DNA of 21,115 bases from Patescibacteria group bacterium (GTDB taxonomy: Bacteria; Patescibacteriota; Gracilibacteria; JAYELJ01). The notes beneath the pieces are model-generated. The model ran no database searches. It was not told the DNA's origin and saw only the letters and a list, made by a program, of their open reading frames with translations. A program made the translations under genes and the position numbers. Where the stretch lies: positions 1-21,115 of the forward strand of contig JAYELJ010000030.1 in NCBI GenBank assembly GCA_034717395.1. Reading direction: 5' to 3'. Position 1 is the first letter of the stretch; the number at the start of each line of letters is the position of its first letter. Shown in pieces: positions 16,273 through 21,115 of the stretch.

Positions 16273-19230
16273 ATGAAAAATAAACATTTATACCTCATGA
16301 ATATCTCTCAATTTGATACAGCATACCAAAAACTCAACCCAGCACAAAAACAGGCAGTAGATACTCTCTATGGTCCGGTGGCTGTGATCGCAGGTCCAGG
16401 AACAGGGAAAACCCAGCTCCTGACACTGCGTATTGCTAACATACTCAAATCTACCGATGTGCAACCCCACAATATCCTTGCTCTTACCTTTACCGAAGCA
16501 GGGGCTATTGCTATGCGTCAGCGTTTGGTATCTTTTATCGGACCGGCAGCATACCAGGTACAGATCCTTACCTTTCATGGGTTTTGTAATGAGATGATCC
16601 AGAGTTATAGCGAAGAATTTCAGTTTTCCAAAACACTCCAATCGATTTCCGAGCTGGAGAAACGCAAGCTCCTTTCGCATATATTTCGCTCAGAAAAGCT
16701 TTCGTATCTCTATAACCGTTTCGATCCAGAGATGTATCTGTACGATACCCTGAGTCTTATTTCTCAAATGAAACGAGAACAGATCTCTCCAGATCAGCTG
16801 AATACTATGATAGACCAGGGTTTAGAGAAAATAGATGCAGTCGAAGAATTTCAGTATCAAAGAAAATATAAAGACAAACAACCAGGGGATTTTAATGCAA
16901 AATATTATAAAGAGCAGGATAAGCTCGCAAAGAATAAAGAATTTGTCCTGGTGTATAAAAAATATGAAGAACAACTCAAAGAGAAAGGGTGGTATGATTT
17001 TGATGATATGATCGGACTCGTTCTGAAAAAAATGAATGAAGATAGTCAGTTTCATGCGCTGCTCCAAGAACAGTTTCAATTTATTATGGTAGATGAGTAT
17101 CAAGATACCAATGGGGTACAAAATGCTATTGTATCAAAGCTTATAGAGGGAGTTCAGCAACCCAATATATTGGTAGTAGGGGATGACGAACAGTCAATCT
17201 ATCGTTTTCAAGGAGCAGTTATGGAAAATGTATTAGAGTTCTTTCAGACACATGCCAGTGGTGGTATGACATCAGTAGTCTTGTCAGATAACTACCGAAG
17301 TACTCAGAAGATTTTGGATGCTTCTCGAGAGCTGGTTCGTAATAATACCCAATCTCTGGAAAAAGCATTAGATTTGAATAAAAAACTGATATCTCATACA
17401 ACGGAAAACACCCCTATAGAAATATACCAAGGAGAAAATGAAAACACAGAAAGTTATTATATTATCAAACAGATAGAAAAACAGCATGCAGCAGGGATCC
17501 CATTCAAAGAAATGGCTATTATCTACAGAAACAATGCAGATAGTCTCGAGTTGATCGAAGCAATGAGGCGAGCAGGAATTCCTTTTAAAAAACAAAAAGG
17601 AGAGAATCTTCTCCATCTTCACGAAGCACAAAAATTACTTCGTACTCTCGAGTTGATAGAAAGTTTTGAAACCAGTCATCTTCTTTGGGAGGTTTTGAGT
17701 TATGATTTTATGGGACTCAATGTTCTGGATCTCATGCATCTACAAAATCAAGCTCGAGAAGAAGGTGTTACCTTTTTTCAAATGCTTCTCAAGAGTGAAA
17801 ATGAACAAATCACAGAAAAGCTAGAAAGAATTATAGCTCTCAAAGAAGCTCAGGCAAATACGAGTCTTGTTGGATTTTTTGAACACTTTTTAGAAGAGAC
17901 AGGGTATCGTGAATATATTCTACAGCAAGAAGATAAGTTAGAAAGACTTAATATTCTCAATTCACTGTTCAATGAAATCAAAAGCTTTGCCAGTGAATAT
18001 CCTCAAAAAGGAGTTTCTGATTTTCTTCAGTATCTGCAAGATTTAGAATTCTATGGAATAGCTCCTGTGGCACAACCACTCAAGACAAGTGACGATGCCG
18101 TACAGCTGATGACAGCACATGGATCCAAAGGGCTTGAATATGATGTTGTATTTATTATGAAAACTATTTCGAGTCGTTGGGAAGCGAAGCGATCAGTATC
18201 CAAACTTTCTCTTTCTGTACATATATTTGAAGATCAGGAAATCCTCTCTTCTGAAGATAAAAAACTGCAATCTCTCGAAGAAGAACGCCGGCTATTTTAT
18301 GTAGCCATGACTCGTGCACGAAGGTATCTCTATATCACATCAGCCAAAAATTATGCTGGTTCAGATGCTATGCTCTCTCGTTTTGTATCCGAGCTACCAG
18401 ATGATATCTGTAACCATTCAGAAGTCGAAGATATCGACAATACCGATCTTCTGACTTTGTTTACTTCAGCTCCACAGCAAGTAGATTGGACCGCTGCCTT
18501 TGAGTCGGAACTCCGAGAACGAGCAAACAAATATGTATTATCTGTGACTGCACTCAACACCTGGATAGCCAGTCCAAAAGAGTTTTTAGAAAGACACCTT
18601 ATCCGTATACCATCAGCCAAGAATACCTCTGCGAGCTTTGGGACGATTGTTCATGAAGTACTCAACCAAGTATCTCGCAATTACCAGAAAACAGGTCAGG
18701 TATTATCTCATGATGATTGGGTGGATGTTTTACATGCTACCGCAGAGAAAGAAATATTATCTGGTCAAGAACGAGAAAAGATAATAGAAGAAGCAGAGAG
18801 TGTTATTGACCGATATATTTCCGTAGCCGAAAAAGAGCTGACACTCAAAGCGGAGTCGGAAGTCTATTTTGGGTTTCATCCTGTGGTGGTAGAAGGTATG
18901 CCAATCAAAGGGATGATTGATCGTATCGAATACCAAGAAGATGGGTCTGTAGTTGTGGTAGATTACAAAACAGGGAAAAGCAAGAAATCCAAAGAACAGA
19001 TGGAAGGATACATCCGTCAGATGTATTTTTACAAACTTCTCTATGATGGATCTGGTCGCAAAGAGCCACTTTCCGGAGGGGTATTTGATTTTGTAGAAGA
19101 TCTGCAAGACTCTATCAATAGAAAAATAATTTCATATGATACAGAAAAAATGGACGAATTACGAAGACATATAAAAGCTTTCAAAGAATCTCTCGATACC
19201 CTTAATTTTCCAGAAGAACATCTTGTATAA
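16273..19230 (+). CDS. UvrD/PcrA-family superfamily-1 helicase fused to a C-terminal PD-(D/E)xK (RecB-type) nuclease domain
   Basis: Walker A AGPGTGKTQ, motif II MVDEYQDTN, VVGDDEQSIYRFQGA, YRST, TAHGSKGLEYDVVF and YVAMTRAR. The C-terminal part reads FGTIVHEVL ... GMIDRIEY ... VVVDYKTGKSK ... QMYFYKLL. I chose the ATG at 16273; the ATG at 16297 (MNISQ) is an alternative. The TTG at 16237 lies inside the upstream terminator T-run. Confidence 0.88.
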   Translation: MKNKHLYLMNISQFDTAYQKLNPAQKQAVDTLYGPVAVIAGPGTGKTQLLTLRIANILKSTDVQPHNILALTFTEAGAIAMRQRLVSFIGPAAYQVQILTFHGFCNEMIQSYSEEFQFSKTLQSISELEKRKLLSHIFRSEKLSYLYNRFDPEMYLYDTLSLISQMKREQISPDQLNTMIDQGLEKIDAVEEFQYQRKYKDKQPGDFNAKYYKEQDKLAKNKEFVLVYKKYEEQLKEKGWYDFDDMIGLVLKKMNEDSQFHALLQEQFQFIMVDEYQDTNGVQNAIVSKLIEGVQQPNILVVGDDEQSIYRFQGAVMENVLEFFQTHASGGMTSVVLSDNYRSTQKILDASRELVRNNTQSLEKALDLNKKLISHTTENTPIEIYQGENENTESYYIIKQIEKQHAAGIPFKEMAIIYRNNADSLELIEAMRRAGIPFKKQKGENLLHLHEAQKLLRTLELIESFETSHLLWEVLSYDFMGLNVLDLMHLQNQAREEGVTFFQMLLKSENEQITEKLERIIALKEAQANTSLVGFFEHFLEETGYREYILQQEDKLERLNILNSLFNEIKSFASEYPQKGVSDFLQYLQDLEFYGIAPVAQPLKTSDDAVQLMTAHGSKGLEYDVVFIMKTISSRWEAKRSVSKLSLSVHIFEDQEILSSEDKKLQSLEEERRLFYVAMTRARRYLYITSAKNYAGSDAMLSRFVSELPDDICNHSEVEDIDNTDLLTLFTSAPQQVDWTAAFESELRERANKYVLSVTALNTWIASPKEFLERHLIRIPSAKNTSASFGTIVHEVLNQVSRNYQKTGQVLSHDDWVDVLHATAEKEILSGQEREKIIEEAESVIDRYISVAEKELTLKAESEVYFGFHPVVVEGMPIKGMIDRIEYQEDGSVVVVDYKTGKSKKSKEQMEGYIRQMYFYKLLYDGSGRKEPLSGGVFDFVEDLQDSINRKIISYDTEKMDELRRHIKAFKESLDTLNFPEEHLV

Positions 19231-19239
19231 ATTTTTCTC

Positions 19240-19268
19240 TTGCAAAACGATAACTCAATCAGTACAAT
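19240..19268 (+). promoter_or_regulatory. candidate promoter (TTGCAA-17-TACAAT) upstream of the small basic ORF
   Basis: TTGCAA at 19240-19245, an exact 17-nt spacer, then TACAAT at 19263-19268. Confidence 0.5.
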
Positions 19269-19343
19269 AGTCGGGCTTTTAAAGTACATATTACTTTTGA
19301 AAATAACAGCAAACATATTTCATTTCATAATATCTTTCTCCTC

Positions 19344-19502
19344 ATGGCTGGAAAAAAGAAACATTGTCTTGTAGGGATTCATTCTCGTCGTCCAAAGACA
19401 ACAGTAGCAGAAAAAGTTCGTAAAGCTCGTGTTCGTACACGTAAACATGCTTTCCTTCTTGCTCAATCAGAACGTATGGCAGCAGCTCGCGCAGCTCTAT
19501 AA
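19344..19502 (+). CDS. small, highly basic hypothetical protein (52 aa) that falls below the ORF-track length cutoff
   Basis: Translation is MAGKKKHCLVGIHSRRPKTTVAEKVRKARVRTRKHAFLLAQSERMAAARAAL. It has 15 Lys/Arg and 2 acidic residues. All 8 Arg codons are CGT or CGC, with no AGA. A candidate promoter lies upstream and a strong terminator downstream. There is no SD. Confidence 0.5.
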   Translation: MAGKKKHCLVGIHSRRPKTTVAEKVRKARVRTRKHAFLLAQSERMAAARAAL

Positions 19503-19509
19503 TACAAAC

Positions 19510-19539
19510 AAAAAGCCTCTTATGATCGAGAGGCTTTTT
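19510..19539. terminator. bidirectional intrinsic terminator between the small ORF and the convergent mltG
   Basis: aaaaagcctct (19510-19520), loop tatgatcg, then agaggcttttt (19529-19539). Confidence 0.8.
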
Positions 19540-19540
19540 G

Positions 19541-20527
19541 TTATCTTAAATATTGCTCTATATTCCAGAGGTGCTCATTATAATCTTTTCCATAATATAT
19601 TTGTCCAGAGTTACTATGAAGGTAGTAGTAATACGGAGAAGACTCTGGCTGCATTGCAGCTTTAAAAGATTCAGTAGAAAAATTGGAGATGGCTGTGGGA
19701 GGAAATCCTAGATTCCTACGCGTATTGTAGGGAGAATCACTTTCAAAATCAGCAGTATAGAGTGGAGCAGTCCATCGATCAAGTTGATAGCGAGTGGTGG
19801 CATCTATACCCAGAGGAATACCTTCTTGCTGTCTTTTGTATATAATTCCACTCACAATAGCTTTTTCATCATGTTTTCGCGTTTCTTTTTCTATGAGACT
19901 AGCAACATTGACCAGTGTAGAGAGACTATCTAGATCTGGATCCAAAGCAAGGATGTTGGATTCGAAACTACGAAGCATCTTGGAAATAATCTCTTTTTCT
20001 GTACTGTTTTCTTTGAACCTATACGTATTTGGAAATAGATATCCTTCCATACTTCTCCAGTCATTTCTCTCTGGTAAAAATGTATTCAGTGTTTCAAAAT
20101 CACATCTAATGAGACAGTTTTTAAATTTCTCTTCTGAAAGATAGGGGAATATATCCTGTGTCTGATCTATAATTTGTTCGATAGTCTGTCATTCTTTGAA
20201 GGTAATCTGGAGTTCATTTTCTGGATTGGGTACTCCAGTAATAATCAAAGCTAAACTATTAAAAGTTACTTTGTCTGGTAGAGTATACGATCCTGCTTTG
20301 ATTTTAGTAGCAAGATCTTCTGATTTCAAATATCGAAGAAAGTAGTAAGCAGAAGGAATAATATTATTGTCAGTGAGGTATTCTGCTGCAGCCTGGGAAC
20401 TGGTTCATTTTTCTATGCGAATATCATACATACTATCGGGAACAGTGTATTGCTGTCCTTCGTAGTACAGAGCAAATCCATTATATATCAATATGGTAGA
20501 AACGATTCCAAAGAGAAGTTTTTTCAT
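19541..20527 (-). CDS. mltG: endolytic murein transglycosylase MltG (YceG-like), 328 aa, with two in-frame UGA(Gly) codons
   Basis: N-terminal TM anchor (MKKLLFGIVSTILIYNGF), then IRIEK[G]TSSQAAAEYL, ITFKE[G]QTIEQI, the signature MEGYLFPNTYRF and GLPPTAISN-type GFPPTAISN. The TGA codons have their lowest plus-strand coordinates at 20405 and 20189. TAA stop. Confidence 0.88.
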
Positions 20528-20552
20528 AAAAAGAAAGGGGAAAAATAGTATC

Positions 20553-20580
20553 AAAAAACGCATACGAAATTGTATGCGTT
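20553..20580 (-). terminator. rho-independent terminator after the XRE-family gene
   Basis: The minus strand reads AACGCATAC-AATTTC-GTATGCGTT followed by TTTTTT. Confidence 0.8.
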
Positions 20581-20613
20581 AGTATAGTATCCTGATGGTA
20601 TAAAATCAAATAG

Positions 20614-20856
20614 CTATGCGCGTTTGATTTCCATAAGATCAGCAATATGTTCAACCGTTATTTCTAGCTTGGTTGCGAGACCAAAAGCAGTATCGATATT
20701 GATGCTATGAAAACGATCACCAGATTCTAGACGAGAGATATAGCTTTCATTGACACCGATAAAATCAGCAAGCTGAAACTGAGTAAGGCTCAATTCTTTT
20801 CGGCGAGATTTGATATACTCTCCAAGATTTTTCATCCCTTTGCGTAATTCAGACAT
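20614..20856 (-). CDS. XRE-family helix-turn-helix transcriptional regulator (80 aa)
   Basis: Classic HTH_3 pattern: IKSRRKELSLTQFQLADFIGVNESYISRLESGDR. TAG stop. Confidence 0.85.
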   Translation of the reverse strand: MSELRKGMKNLGEYIKSRRKELSLTQFQLADFIGVNESYISRLESGDRFHSINIDTAFGLATKLEITVEHIADLMEIKRA

Positions 20857-20936
20857 AATAAAGAAGAATTAAATGATACTTGATAAAATACAAAATTATT
20901 TTTTGTATATACTACAATACTCTCTTATTTCTATTA

Positions 20937-20953
20937 GTCAATATTAAATTGAC
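20937..20953. promoter_or_regulatory. inverted repeat GTCAAT-N5-ATTGAC in the divergent XRE/ddl intergenic region; candidate operator
   Basis: Arms of 6 bp at 20937-20942 and 20948-20953. The arms coincide with TTGAC-type -35 hexamers on both strands (TTGACT on minus, TTGACA on plus). Confidence 0.35.
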
Positions 20954-20990
20954 AAAAATCATATTATATATTTCTATTATTGAAAATCTC

Positions 20991-21019
20991 TTGATAGTAT
21001 TTCTTATGACGACTAGAAT
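20991..21019 (+). promoter_or_regulatory. candidate promoter of ddl (TTGATA-17-TAGAAT)
   Basis: TTGATA at 20991-20996, a 17-nt spacer, then TAGAAT at 21014-21019, 29 nt upstream of the ATG at 21049. Confidence 0.5.
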
Positions 21020-21048
21020 ATAGCTAATTATTACTTCTCTTTTATTTT

Positions 21049-21115
21049 CATGGTTTCTAATATTGCAATTATAACAGGAGGAAAGGGTTCAGAACGTGAT
21101 ATATCTATTCGTTCT
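21049..21115 (+). CDS. ddl: D-alanine--D-alanine ligase, N-terminal 22 codons only (runs off the window)
   Basis: MVSNIAIITGGKGSERDISIRS matches the conserved Ddl N-terminus (vavlfGGrSaEreVSlrS). Confidence 0.55.

Noticed and set aside
19041-19327. A minus-strand ORF preceded by a good-looking GAGGAG box (MK[G]NMFAVIFKS...).
   Set aside because: It overlaps about 190 nt of the helicase 3' end in antisense and has a shadow-ORF composition. Its apparent SD is simply the complement of the CTCCTC immediately upstream of the plus-strand small ORF.
19344-19502. The idea that the small unit is tmRNA, because the ORF ends in an Ala-rich ...MAAARAAL.
   Set aside because: There is no tRNA-like acceptor or T-arm sequence (no GGGG... 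5' end and no GGTTCGAATCC-type T-loop with a CCA end). The region is also far too short for ssrA.
20528-20565. An upstream in-frame ATG at 20563 as the mltG start.
   Set aside because: It sits inside the stem of the terminator hairpin of the XRE gene. The ATG at 20527 yields a typical MKK-plus-TM-anchor N-terminus.
1-21115. The alternative that UGA encodes Trp (table 4, as in Mycoplasma or Spiroplasma).
   Set aside because: The interrupted motifs are invariant Gly contexts: IDGGKGQ and HFGS in UvrC, GQRxGxxIGG and the C-terminal GGG in MnmA, and pEG in MltG. Trp at those positions would be implausible.
1-21115. A search for tRNA or rRNA genes, CRISPR arrays, IS or transposase genes, integrases and toxin-antitoxin or defence cassettes.
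   Set aside because: I could see no T-loop or anticodon-arm signatures, no spaced direct-repeat arrays, no terminal inverted repeats and no transposase or integrase-like ORFs. The only small regulator (XRE) has no adjacent toxin-like partner.

Overview
This is an AT-rich, gene-dense bacterial chromosomal segment that reads correctly only if UGA encodes glycine (translation table 25, used by Gracilibacteria/BD1-5 and Absconditabacteria/SR1). Under the standard code uvrC, mnmA, murD, mltG and a K+ channel gene look like strings of fragments. By hand I found 25 in-frame TGA codons. Those in alignable motifs sit where homologues have conserved Gly, for example UvrC IDG[G]KGQ, MnmA YTI[G]QRR[G]IDI[G]G and the MnmA C-terminal VVG[G]G. 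All 19 CDS end in TAA or TAG.

Re-annotated, the window holds:
- an MCP with a C-terminal CZB zinc-binding domain
- a 2-TM RCK potassium-channel homologue
- uvrC with a small upstream co-oriented gene
- mnmA, an orphan gene, murD, and a DUF502 membrane protein
- an MscS-family channel, a thioredoxin, ftsH, and an orphan polytopic membrane protein
- a pyrC plus pyrD-like pair
- a UvrD-type helicase fused to a PD-(D/E)xK nuclease
- an untracked 52-aa very basic ORF
- mltG, an XRE-family regulator, and the 5' end of ddl

I saw no tRNA or rRNA genes, CRISPR arrays, IS elements or obvious defence or mobile islands, so this looks like core genome.

The observations most worth a second look are:
- the recoding itself
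- the strongly bimodal use of TGA-Gly between genes
- a perfect one-heptad tandem duplication in the chemoreceptor
- a non-canonical TIGYQ selectivity filter in the K+ channel
- the small basic ORF with its own promoter and terminator
- the divergent pyrD-like gene

I do not see convincing evidence for a wholly new multi-gene system in this window.
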